A stretch of 32,000 nt of DNA from Lachnospiraceae bacterium. GTDB taxonomy: Bacteria; Bacteroidota; Bacteroidia; Bacteroidales; UBA932. The notes beneath the pieces are model-generated. The model made no database searches. It had not been told where the DNA came from and saw nothing but the letters and a program-made list of their open reading frames with translations. How positions within the stretch are numbered: position 1 is the stretch's first letter; each line of letters starts with the position of its first letter. The position numbers and the translations under genes were made by a program. The stretch spans positions 1,817 through 33,816 of the forward strand of contig CAVCRL010000009.1 in assembly GCA_963604455.1 (NCBI GenBank), read 5' to 3'. Positions 8,481 to 16,941 of the stretch are shown one piece after another.

Positions 8481-9464
8481 TTACCTTTTGAACTTGTCCA
8501 GATTCGCCTTCCAGTCCGCCTCAAAAGACGGGACCGTGGTGGAGAAATTTTCTTTGAAAGAGGCTGGTATGCCCTTGCCATACAAGGTCTTGAGAAAAGA
8601 TTTCACTCCCTCTACCCTATAGAGATCTTCCATATGACAGAAAATGGACTGACCTCCCTGATAGTTTTCAAACACGTAGCGGAACTGCCTGGCGCTGAAA
8701 TCGCAGTCCGAGCGCATCATCCTTATCTCGTCTTCCGAGAAAGAAGGCTTTCTGCCGGGCAGAGAGGTGTACTCAGCGATTCCCTCGTAACACCACATCG
8801 GAAGGTCAACATACTGGTTGTAGTCTATCGAAGCGAAAAAACAATAGTGCGTCAACTCGTGCCAAAGCACATTCTGGGTGTAGTCATCAGAGGAAAACGC
8901 GAATCTGCCATTGAGGGCGATGGCGCGAAGATAATATCCAGACGGAGATATTTCGGATATTGTTATCCCTGCCGTGGTGCTGAAATCATCTCTCCCGGGA
9001 CAAAACTCGGTCATCAACTCATTGAAAGATTTCTGGTCGACCGTCAAATATACCGGGACCTTGCGTCCGTTCATATCAGCTGGATAATAATACTTCCCGA
9101 TTATATCCTCCAAGCGAGGAATAGCCTGTCCTGCAATCGTTTGGCACTTCAGAGCCTTTTTAGTCAATGACTCAGGAAAGTAAAAGATGAAATTGTCATC
9201 CTCCAGTGTTTTCAATCCTGATTCAGGATCACGGCCAAAATCATCGCCGTTATCCCACGGAGCAGGCCTCGGGAAAGGATTGAACCGGGACAAAAGGTCA
9301 TCCAGTCCACCACTGAAAGAATTTATCCAATCAATGGTTTCCTGAGGAACTTCCGCATAGAGAAGCGGTTTCTGGTCTTTTCCCTTGTCGTATATTCTTA
9401 TCAGGGCTAACGCCATCATCACGAACACGAGCAACACGCCCGCGACTGAACCCATACGTCTCAT
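8481..9464 (-). CDS. Membrane-anchored zinc metallopeptidase-like protein (HExxH + downstream Glu, MA-clan / Peptidase_MA_2-like)
   Basis: 327 aa. It has an N-terminal hydrophobic anchor (VAGVLLVFVMMALALIRIY). HELTH is encoded at 8847-8861 (residues 202-206), followed ~21 aa later by WCYEGIAEY, the HExxH...EG.AEY gluzincin arrangement. The ATG lies 1 nt after the upstream gene's stop. Confidence 0.6.
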   Translation of the reverse strand: MRRMGSVAGVLLVFVMMALALIRIYDKGKDQKPLLYAEVPQETIDWINSFSGGLDDLLSRFNPFPRPAPWDNGDDFGRDPESGLKTLEDDNFIFYFPESLTKKALKCQTIAGQAIPRLEDIIGKYYYPADMNGRKVPVYLTVDQKSFNELMTEFCPGRDDFSTTAGITISEISPSGYYLRAIALNGRFAFSSDDYTQNVLWHELTHYCFFASIDYNQYVDLPMWCYEGIAEYTSLPGRKPSFSEDEIRMMRSDCDFSARQFRYVFENYQGGQSIFCHMEDLYRVEGVKSFLKTLYGKGIPASFKENFSTTVPSFEADWKANLDKFKR

Positions 9465-9465
9465 A

Positions 9466-11250
9466 CTAATTCAAGAATATTATGTCCTCAACAGCCTCTT
9501 TCGTGGTGTTGCCAAGGTCCCCGATCCGGAACCCGTCACCAGTGGTTTCACAGAAGAAGTACATATGACCATCCTTGGTGACCAAAGACAGATCAGCCAT
9601 TGACACCAAATCGGAAGACTCTTTGCTTTTGAACGCCACAGCGATCGCGGCGTGGTTTTGTGTCAAGATGTATGCGGTCTTGTACCCGGCCTCACGGAAC
9701 AGCACAGCGGCAAGAACAGCCTTGCAGTCACAATCCCCACGGCCGTCAAACATCGTCTCGTCGGGGAAACGGGCATAATCCCTCGGATTGCCTATCTCCG
9801 GACATTTTTCATCATATTCATACCTGATGTTCGGCATCTGGACAAAGTCAAGGATGAACTGCATCCGCTCAAGCTCGCTCAAACCTTGCGTCCTTGATGC
9901 CTTGTCAATATATTCAAGTACCTTGTGGACCCTTCCATTCTTTTTGCAGTCAGCGAAAAGTTCCTCCGCATTGGCCTTATGCGCCCTGTTCGGATAAAGC
10001 CTGAACGGATTGGAAGCCCGCAAGTCCGCGATCCTCTCAAGGTTGAAAGTGAGGGTAAGATTTCCTTTCAGTTTATGATACAAAGAATCCAGGTCCCAAG
10101 AATATGTCCGCTCAACCTTCCCATCATCAGTATCATCCAGGATCGGGACTTCTTCCTCGTCGTCATCATCCCAGTCCGGCAAGTGATGCTCCTCCTCGTC
10201 ATCCGCATAAGACAGCGCCCAAGGCTCCTTGGTTATGTACCTCTTGTTGACCCAGACTCCTATCAATATCGCCGCCTGAAGAGGGACGAAGTCGCTTCCA
10301 TAGATGAATATAGACACGAGAAGCGCAGCGGATGAAGCTATGACTATCCAGTTGTTCAGCCCGCCAACGCCGGTGTTACGGTCAATCAGCATCAGAAAAT
10401 CATCAAAAGCCTTTCCTTCGAGAGACGCTTCGATCTTCACCTGACGAAGTATCGCCCAGACGGCGAAGTACACGGCCAGCAGCATGGTCGTGAAGCCAAT
10501 CTGCTCACCAAGAGCGGGGAATGAAGCCTTTCCCATCCCTGTCAGGAAGAAAACACAATAGACAATTGAGAAAAGCACCGATGCCGGAAGCGCGGTGTCT
10601 TTCCAAGTCAACCTTTCAGCCAAGGCATCCTCGCTGGCCGGCTTTGGCTGGCGATCCTTGTACAACAGCAGAAACCCTCCCGCACGCGCCGTGACGGAAT
10701 ATTTATTCGGCTTGACTTTTCCCAGCCGCCCTGTCTCGATCACCTTTCCGACAAGGCGGTCGGACGCCGCGGCCGAATCTCCATCCTCGCTGGCAAGAGG
10801 AGGACAGGAATACACATACGAATGCCTCCTCAGCCACAACTCGTACCATATTCCCGAGCCATTGATTCCCGGACGTCCTTTCGCGTCAGTGATGTAGCCC
10901 AGACGCAGGCCGGACTCCCCATAGATGTTGCCGGACAGATCGACCCACCCCTCCTTGCGGACCTCATTTGACAAGTCTGAAGCGGAAGGGTCTTTCCTCA
11001 GGTTGATGAGAGCCAGACCTTTCTCCACATTGGAATTGCCCTGGTAGCGGTTTGCCGGCGGTTGATTGTAATCGTGAAAGACATAAGCGCCAGATGAGAC
11101 GTTGAAAACGACGTCTCCAAAGGTATGGAAGCAACCATCCTCGCCACAATAGGATGTCTTCGTCCTCCTTTTCAGGAGACACACCAACACATACACCGTA
11201 TAAATGACCAACAGGACAACAAGCAGCAGCGCGATCCTTACAAATACCAT
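9466..11250 (-). CDS. Polytopic membrane protein with a C-terminal transglutaminase-like (papain-fold) domain
   Basis: 594 aa, organised as follows:
- an N-terminal TM helix;
- a ~200-aa soluble region;
- a cluster of TM helices at residues ~220-335;
- an extremely acidic linker (DDEEEHHLPDWDDDDEEEVPILDDTDDG);
- FPDETMFDGRGDCDCKAVLAAVLFREAGYKTAYIL...NHAAIAVAF...FFCETTGDG, resembling the transglutaminase-core Cys...His...Asp/Glu pattern. CDC is encoded at 9724-9732. Confidence 0.55.
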   Translation of the reverse strand: MVFVRIALLLVVLLVIYTVYVLVCLLKRRTKTSYCGEDGCFHTFGDVVFNVSSGAYVFHDYNQPPANRYQGNSNVEKGLALINLRKDPSASDLSNEVRKEGWVDLSGNIYGESGLRLGYITDAKGRPGINGSGIWYELWLRRHSYVYSCPPLASEDGDSAAASDRLVGKVIETGRLGKVKPNKYSVTARAGGFLLLYKDRQPKPASEDALAERLTWKDTALPASVLFSIVYCVFFLTGMGKASFPALGEQIGFTTMLLAVYFAVWAILRQVKIEASLEGKAFDDFLMLIDRNTGVGGLNNWIVIASSAALLVSIFIYGSDFVPLQAAILIGVWVNKRYITKEPWALSYADDEEEHHLPDWDDDDEEEVPILDDTDDGKVERTYSWDLDSLYHKLKGNLTLTFNLERIADLRASNPFRLYPNRAHKANAEELFADCKKNGRVHKVLEYIDKASRTQGLSELERMQFILDFVQMPNIRYEYDEKCPEIGNPRDYARFPDETMFDGRGDCDCKAVLAAVLFREAGYKTAYILTQNHAAIAVAFKSKESSDLVSMADLSLVTKDGHMYFFCETTGDGFRIGDLGNTTKEAVEDIIFLN

Positions 11251-11253
11251 AGA

Positions 11254-13683
11254 CTACCCTCCTATCGATTCATCAAGTTCATCCATTTCTGCCTTGGATA
11301 TTCCCAAAGGCACTCCGGCGAGTGAATATGCCAAGTCTCTTCGCCTGTAGAATCCGTAGTACAACGAAAGTTTGTCCGCAAATGACAAGGCGGGGAGCGG
11401 ATCAAGCGGACAATTGCAGACAAGACGCGACTTGATGCCTTCATCAAGTTTCTGCCAGCAAGTAAGCAGGGCGTATTCCGGTGCCGCATCATCTGTGACC
11501 GCATTGGTGTTTCCGAACACCCTCGGAACAATCGAACTCCTTAGTACCGGCGTGTTACCCGACGGCACGGAGAACAACATACCGTTCACCCCGGCCATCT
11601 TCTCAAAAGGAGCAACATTGACATCATCGTCAAGGATGTCCAACATCCGGCCGATGCTGTCGGCCGTGTGGATGTGAAGCTTCGGGGCAAACAACCGGCC
11701 AAGGACAGCGACCAGATCATCCGCATTTGCGGCAGGCGTTCCTCCGCCAGACAAGTCCGCGGCGTCCAGAATCTCCGACTGTGTGAAAGATGATTTCAGA
11801 AGCGCAAGCAGATCTTCTTTTCCCAATTCCGACAAACGTCTCTCACCTTCCCTCAAATGAATCTCAGCTTCCGAAACCGAATTATCATCAATCAGTCTCT
11901 CGCCACAGAACGTTCCTCCGATCAGTGGCTGGTTGAACATCGTTTCCGGAATCACTTCCTTGCCGGACTTCACATCCGGGACAGTCAGTTTGTCACGGAA
12001 CAACGCCAGATAGCCAAGCTGGGCGTCACACTCCTTCACGAGCTCATCGTAGAAGGCACCTTGCTGATCCATCAGGAATTTGGACAGACGCTTGTTGACA
12101 GCAAGCAGAGTCGAGGCAAGCAACCTGTATTTCAATCGCAAGATGCGTTTGAAGTGACGGCGCAGCCTGATGAAGAACTCTATTGTCAATGGAAGGAAAA
12201 ACAGCACCGGAATCCACAGCCACTCGACCGTAGCGAGTCCTCCAAGGTTAATCACCTTTGGAGACACCACACGCAAAACCGGAATGACGGTAAAGACAAG
12301 CAAGATTCCAAGAAGGAAGCACCGGACGAGCAGGCTCAGGACTACAGGTTCCCTTTTGAGGTTCTTGCACAGCCTCTCCATAATCTTGGATGAGGTGTTC
12401 TCCTCCGCGTCAGCCTGACATTTATCATATTCATTCCTCAAATACTCCGGAACGGGAACAATCTCATCGTCTCTCAGGATGACTCCGGCGCGTTTTCTGT
12501 TCAGATACTCCTTCGCCGAATTGAAGACGGACTCCAACTGGGCTATCGTAGGGTACTTGGAAGCCGAGTCGATGAGCGATTTCCGGTAGAGGCTGCGCAA
12601 CAGAGTCTTGAAGCTTTCCGCCGCCTTTTCCCGGTTCTTCCGTATGATACCTGAAAATCTGGCGAGCAGGGCATAGGAAAGGCTCTGCATATAGCGGGTC
12701 AGCCGCGCGGGCGTGAACTTAAGATATTTCCAGTAATAGACCGGGAACAATTCCGCCCTGAACAAATCCCAGACGGGATGTGGATCCGCCTCGCCGTCCA
12801 TCTTCTTCAAATCAACGTCCAGACTGCCACATTCTTCCCGAAGCCGCACGGAAACGGCATCTGCATTGACAGCATCCTCTTCCAGCACCTCACGCACAAT
12901 TCTCCCGGCATATTCATCATCCTTGTTGTCAGCGTCCTTGAATTCCGCAACGAGTTTGTCCAGAATATGTTTAAGCTCAATGCCTCGGTGCCGTTCGCTG
13001 CTGTAGAAAATCGAAGCCGCACCCAGTGAGAATGTTCCGCTGTCCTTTCCTATCCTGTCAAAAAGCCTTTCACATCCTGCACTGACAAAGAACAGGTTCG
13101 TGAGAATCTGGAACAGCAATTCCGTCCGTTGTCCCTCGTCCAGACCGGCGTAAAACCGTGCTCCTTTATACTGCACATCCTGATACGCCACCACACGGTT
13201 GAAATGCTTCGGGCCAAGCTGTTCGTTGAGCATATTCAAATCTTCCAGCATCATAGCGGCCTTCTCGCGTTCCGGCCTGCTGTCCAATTGGTTGATGGTG
13301 CTCGGGATGTATAGTATTCCTGTGATCTCCACACCGAGGTTGGCGTGGTCGGAGATGATCCTTGGGAGATTGTCACGCAAAAGGCCGGGAAGCGGAGCAA
13401 ACACCTCCTGCGTCAGCCTCTCATTCGCTGCGCCAAGGATAACTATCTGGAAATTACCGACTCTATATCCTGCCTTATTGAACGCATTGCAGCAATCCCT
13501 GCCTTCGGCGACCAACTCATCCACAAGAGCCTTGCACGAGGATGCATCCGACACGGCCCTGTCGGACACGTGGAAATATCGCCAGAACGGTTTCAAAGAC
13601 TCCCCTGTGGAATCAAGGAGGCTCCGCAGTTTCCCTGACGAAACCGCAGAGCTTCCCAGATCTATTATCCAAATCGGGAGCAT
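11254..13683 (-). CDS. 809-aa two-TM protein; the N-terminal domain looks like a GTP-motif-degenerate paralogue of the adjacent tubulin-like domain
   Basis: ATG start 1 nt after the tubulin-like gene's stop. Two central TM helices are present (VVLSLLVRCFLLGILLVFTVIPVL; WLWIPVLFFLPLTIEFFI). N-terminal segments parallel the neighbouring protein:
- IWIIDLGSSAVSS vs IFIGLGGSGVNTV;
- RYFHVSDR vs RFLFVDTD;
- FQIVILGAANERLT vs YWVVASCNGGTGSG;
- LGVEITGILYIPS vs PKVGLVLYMPR. Confidence 0.6.
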   Translation of the reverse strand: MLPIWIIDLGSSAVSSGKLRSLLDSTGESLKPFWRYFHVSDRAVSDASSCKALVDELVAEGRDCCNAFNKAGYRVGNFQIVILGAANERLTQEVFAPLPGLLRDNLPRIISDHANLGVEITGILYIPSTINQLDSRPEREKAAMMLEDLNMLNEQLGPKHFNRVVAYQDVQYKGARFYAGLDEGQRTELLFQILTNLFFVSAGCERLFDRIGKDSGTFSLGAASIFYSSERHRGIELKHILDKLVAEFKDADNKDDEYAGRIVREVLEEDAVNADAVSVRLREECGSLDVDLKKMDGEADPHPVWDLFRAELFPVYYWKYLKFTPARLTRYMQSLSYALLARFSGIIRKNREKAAESFKTLLRSLYRKSLIDSASKYPTIAQLESVFNSAKEYLNRKRAGVILRDDEIVPVPEYLRNEYDKCQADAEENTSSKIMERLCKNLKREPVVLSLLVRCFLLGILLVFTVIPVLRVVSPKVINLGGLATVEWLWIPVLFFLPLTIEFFIRLRRHFKRILRLKYRLLASTLLAVNKRLSKFLMDQQGAFYDELVKECDAQLGYLALFRDKLTVPDVKSGKEVIPETMFNQPLIGGTFCGERLIDDNSVSEAEIHLREGERRLSELGKEDLLALLKSSFTQSEILDAADLSGGGTPAANADDLVAVLGRLFAPKLHIHTADSIGRMLDILDDDVNVAPFEKMAGVNGMLFSVPSGNTPVLRSSIVPRVFGNTNAVTDDAAPEYALLTCWQKLDEGIKSRLVCNCPLDPLPALSFADKLSLYYGFYRRRDLAYSLAGVPLGISKAEMDELDESIGG

Positions 13684-13684
13684 A

Positions 13685-16600
13685 CTAAGCCAGATACTTG
13701 TTTGACAGGAATTTAGAGACAGTCTCCAACCGTTCGTTCAGGACACGGAGAATGTCGCCGATGGTCTCCTTCTCCATCTTTCCGGCACCCTCCCATTTTG
13801 CGTTAAGGTCGTTCTTCAGGGACCGGACCGCTTCCTGATACTTCTGCCGCAGAAGATCGGAGTCAAGGAAATTGACGTTCCTCACCAGATCAGAGATCAA
13901 GTTGGAGAATCGGCCTGTCGAATAATGTTCTGAAAAGCCGGCGAACAATTCAGTCATCATATGCTCAGGCCTGTCAATGGCAACGGTGTGGTAGAACACC
14001 CTGTCCCCGTCAGTCACCTTAAGCTCAATCTTCTCATTGTCCACGAGAGACAGTGACGCGGAAGTAGCGAACTTCGCGATCATTCCATCGAATATCACCG
14101 GTGTGTCGGCATAGTGTCCGGCGTTGTATGTTTCCGTTCCTTTGCGCATAAAGTGAGAGAATGTCTCTCCAAGCTGGTTCATAAGCAGATACTTTGTGAA
14201 CACGATGAGTTCCGGCTTGATCTCCTTAGGCAGGACGATGTTGTCGGCATTTCCTCCAGAAGCGGCGAACGCCTGATGGAAATGGTAGAACACCTTGTTC
14301 TGGCACCTGTCATATTCATTCTTGATGCTTTGGTACATATCATAGTACTCGAAGGAGAGTCCGATTTTCGTGACGATCTTGTACATCACAGACGGATTCT
14401 GACTGTCAAGCATCTTCGTCTTTCCCGCACTGGAGGCCTCAAGGAACACATCCTTGACCACTCCTTCCGGACCGACGCAGAACGCCCTGTCGATGACACG
14501 CCCGGTTCTCTTCGCTTTGCTGTACGGGAAGAACACGGCTGGCTGGGTCTTCTGCCTGATGGTATGACGGGCCTCATTGTTCAGTTCGGAGAAGAAATTG
14601 GCGAGAGTCTTCTCGTACCACTGCTTGCTCACCGTCTCATTCTGATGCAGCAACGCTTTCATTGTGCCGACAGTGTAGTCAAGAAGATCCTCGACGACTC
14701 GTTTGAAGTCCGTCTTGCTTGTGTTGGTGAACAAATGGCTTTTATCATCAACAACGTATTTCTCCTGAATCATCCGCTCGCCATAGAGGCTGATCATCTG
14801 ACTGAACATTCCCTCCAGAGAGCAGGACATATCTCCGTTCCGAAGTGGCTTGTACCCCTCACCAGGGACATAGTCTGAGGTGTGGCCGATGATCAGGCCA
14901 TACCACTCGGAGAATTGGTTGCCATCCTCTATCCAGCCATATCCATCCACATATTCAGTGATATCCGGCACGAACACAGAGGTCACATCCAGCTTTGTGG
15001 CGTAGAAGGACCTCGCCAGCGAGGTGTAGCCTTGCGCCGCACCCTTGTCACCATTCAACACGGCGGTCGCCTCGGCGACGAGTTTGCGGATATGCGTGAT
15101 GATACGGTCGATTATGCCACGGTCGCCGTAGGCAAGCTCGCGGATCATATCAAAGGCCTCTTCCGCCAGAATCACCTTGACGCTTGCCCTGACCCAATCC
15201 CTAAGACGTTCGAAGAAGATGGACACATCATTGGAATTGTTTCCTGTAAGCCTCTCCTTGAGAGTGATCTGAATGGCATTCCTGTACAGCTCATCCAACT
15301 CCCCTTCTATGCTGTCACGGTTCTCCACCATAGCCTTCCGGCTTGGCCGTATCCCCTCAAGCACAGCGGTGTTGGTGTCAGTGGTATAAGCCAGATAGAG
15401 TTCCTGGCAGTACGAATCCAGATCCTGTAGTATAGACATCACATACTGGAGACCGTGCTTACGGCAATTGTCCTCCGTCCAGTCCCACAGTTCCCGCTCC
15501 ATTGCCTTGCGGGTCTTGTCCTTTTCCTCCCCGCGACGCTTGATGGACTTCTCGATGGAGTCTATGACACTTCTGGCCTCCTCAATGGACACGTTGGAAG
15601 GCAACTTGCTGACGACCTTGTTGTCGCTGTCCCTGATGACATTGTCCGGCATATCCTCATCCAGCATCTCCACTGCCATCGCGTTTATGGTACGGAAATA
15701 TGAATCCTTCCCGGCGCCGGACTCAAACAGGGAACTCTTGATGATGGTGTCAAACACGGAGCGCATCAGCTTGTCTCGCTCCTCAAACGAATCAACCGGA
15801 GCGCCAATGATGCCGTAGCGCAGCATCTCGTACCTCACACGCAACGACACATAGTTCTCGAACTGCTCATCCGGTTTGCGCAAGGCCATATATCCCATAG
15901 GCACAAGGAAGTTTGCCGCATCAGTGGCCACCTCGCCATCCTCATAGTTGTCAAGGAACGACTTGAAACCTCCGGCACCTTTGCCACTATGAATATAAAA
16001 CATCAACTCGGCGGTGTTGGAATACATCTTCTCAATGTCACCCATATTGCTGTTCCGATCAGTATGATAGTCAATAGGGATGCAGAACTCGAACGGGCGG
16101 TATGGCATCTTATCATCGAAAAGTGTGTAATCGTCCACCATAGCCATCCTATGGAACATCAAGTTCTTCGGACTCTCCTTCGCCCATTTCTGGAAAGCCT
16201 CGATCTCCTTGAACACCGCATAGGCATTGCGAGGGTATTTTTCATTGTCGGAGTTCATATTCATATAAATCCGAGGCATATACAGGACAAGTCCGACTTT
16301 CGGGTTGCCTTTGTCCACGTGGGTACGGTGTATCATATTCACCAAATACAACACATCCAGGACAGTACCGCTGCCGGTTCCACCGTTGCAACTGGCCACG
16401 ACCCAATAATGAATCACATTCCTCGCGCTGTCAATCTCATCCTGGTTCAGCTCATTGATGCAAGTCTGAAGCTTGTCGGTGAACTTGTCCACCTTGCGTC
16501 CAAACGCGATGCGGGACTTGAGGCGAAGGGCGCCGGCTCCAAACGAAAGGTCACGGTTGTCCATACTCTCGGCGACCATTGCCGGACAAGCCTCGATAAT

Positions 16601-16921
16601 GCGCCGGTTGATCTTAAGCTCAGGCGCGTACTTCGCCTCATTGTAGCTGATGTACGGATTTATGTCCCCCAGATTCAGCAACTCCACGTCATTGATGAAA
16701 TCTATCCTTCCTCCTTCGTACAGGTTGCGGTAAGTCTCATTCGCCTCCGCCACATCACGGCTGTCCGTGTCCACAAAAAGGAAGCGGTAAGTCTCGTTCA
16801 TCACCTGAAGACGGCTCTTCATTTCCGTCCCCCTCGTGCGTTCATAGACCTTGTACTTGATTTGGGAAACGGTGTTGACTCCGGAACCACCCAAACCGAT
16901 GAAGATGTGTTTCTCTGCCAT
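13685..16921 (-). CDS. Giant (1078 aa) tubulin/FtsZ-superfamily GTPase-like protein (Tubulin_2 / FtsZ-like type)
   Basis: The N-terminal IFIGLGGSGVNTV (GLGGSG encoded at 16880-16897) resembles the T1 loop. VVASCNGGTGSGTVLDVLYLV (NGGTGSG encoded at 16367-16387) is the tubulin signature [SAG]GGTG[SAT]G of the T4 loop. An ~800-aa, largely helical C-terminal extension of unknown function follows. Confidence 0.75.
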   Translation of the reverse strand: MAEKHIFIGLGGSGVNTVSQIKYKVYERTRGTEMKSRLQVMNETYRFLFVDTDSRDVAEANETYRNLYEGGRIDFINDVELLNLGDINPYISYNEAKYAPELKINRRIIEACPAMVAESMDNRDLSFGAGALRLKSRIAFGRKVDKFTDKLQTCINELNQDEIDSARNVIHYWVVASCNGGTGSGTVLDVLYLVNMIHRTHVDKGNPKVGLVLYMPRIYMNMNSDNEKYPRNAYAVFKEIEAFQKWAKESPKNLMFHRMAMVDDYTLFDDKMPYRPFEFCIPIDYHTDRNSNMGDIEKMYSNTAELMFYIHSGKGAGGFKSFLDNYEDGEVATDAANFLVPMGYMALRKPDEQFENYVSLRVRYEMLRYGIIGAPVDSFEERDKLMRSVFDTIIKSSLFESGAGKDSYFRTINAMAVEMLDEDMPDNVIRDSDNKVVSKLPSNVSIEEARSVIDSIEKSIKRRGEEKDKTRKAMERELWDWTEDNCRKHGLQYVMSILQDLDSYCQELYLAYTTDTNTAVLEGIRPSRKAMVENRDSIEGELDELYRNAIQITLKERLTGNNSNDVSIFFERLRDWVRASVKVILAEEAFDMIRELAYGDRGIIDRIITHIRKLVAEATAVLNGDKGAAQGYTSLARSFYATKLDVTSVFVPDITEYVDGYGWIEDGNQFSEWYGLIIGHTSDYVPGEGYKPLRNGDMSCSLEGMFSQMISLYGERMIQEKYVVDDKSHLFTNTSKTDFKRVVEDLLDYTVGTMKALLHQNETVSKQWYEKTLANFFSELNNEARHTIRQKTQPAVFFPYSKAKRTGRVIDRAFCVGPEGVVKDVFLEASSAGKTKMLDSQNPSVMYKIVTKIGLSFEYYDMYQSIKNEYDRCQNKVFYHFHQAFAASGGNADNIVLPKEIKPELIVFTKYLLMNQLGETFSHFMRKGTETYNAGHYADTPVIFDGMIAKFATSASLSLVDNEKIELKVTDGDRVFYHTVAIDRPEHMMTELFAGFSEHYSTGRFSNLISDLVRNVNFLDSDLLRQKYQEAVRSLKNDLNAKWEGAGKMEKETIGDILRVLNERLETVSKFLSNKYLA

Positions 16922-16941
16922 ATTGCTATTCTGTAAATATT

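Noticed and set aside
13199-16936. Several long plus-strand ORFs (13199-13705, 14114-14878, 14882-15430, 15989-16936) inside the tubulin-like and 809-aa genes
   Set aside because: They are antisense shadow ORFs of long minus-strand genes that carry clear motifs. Their compositions are Arg/Leu/His-rich with no motifs, and they would break the tight operon structure.
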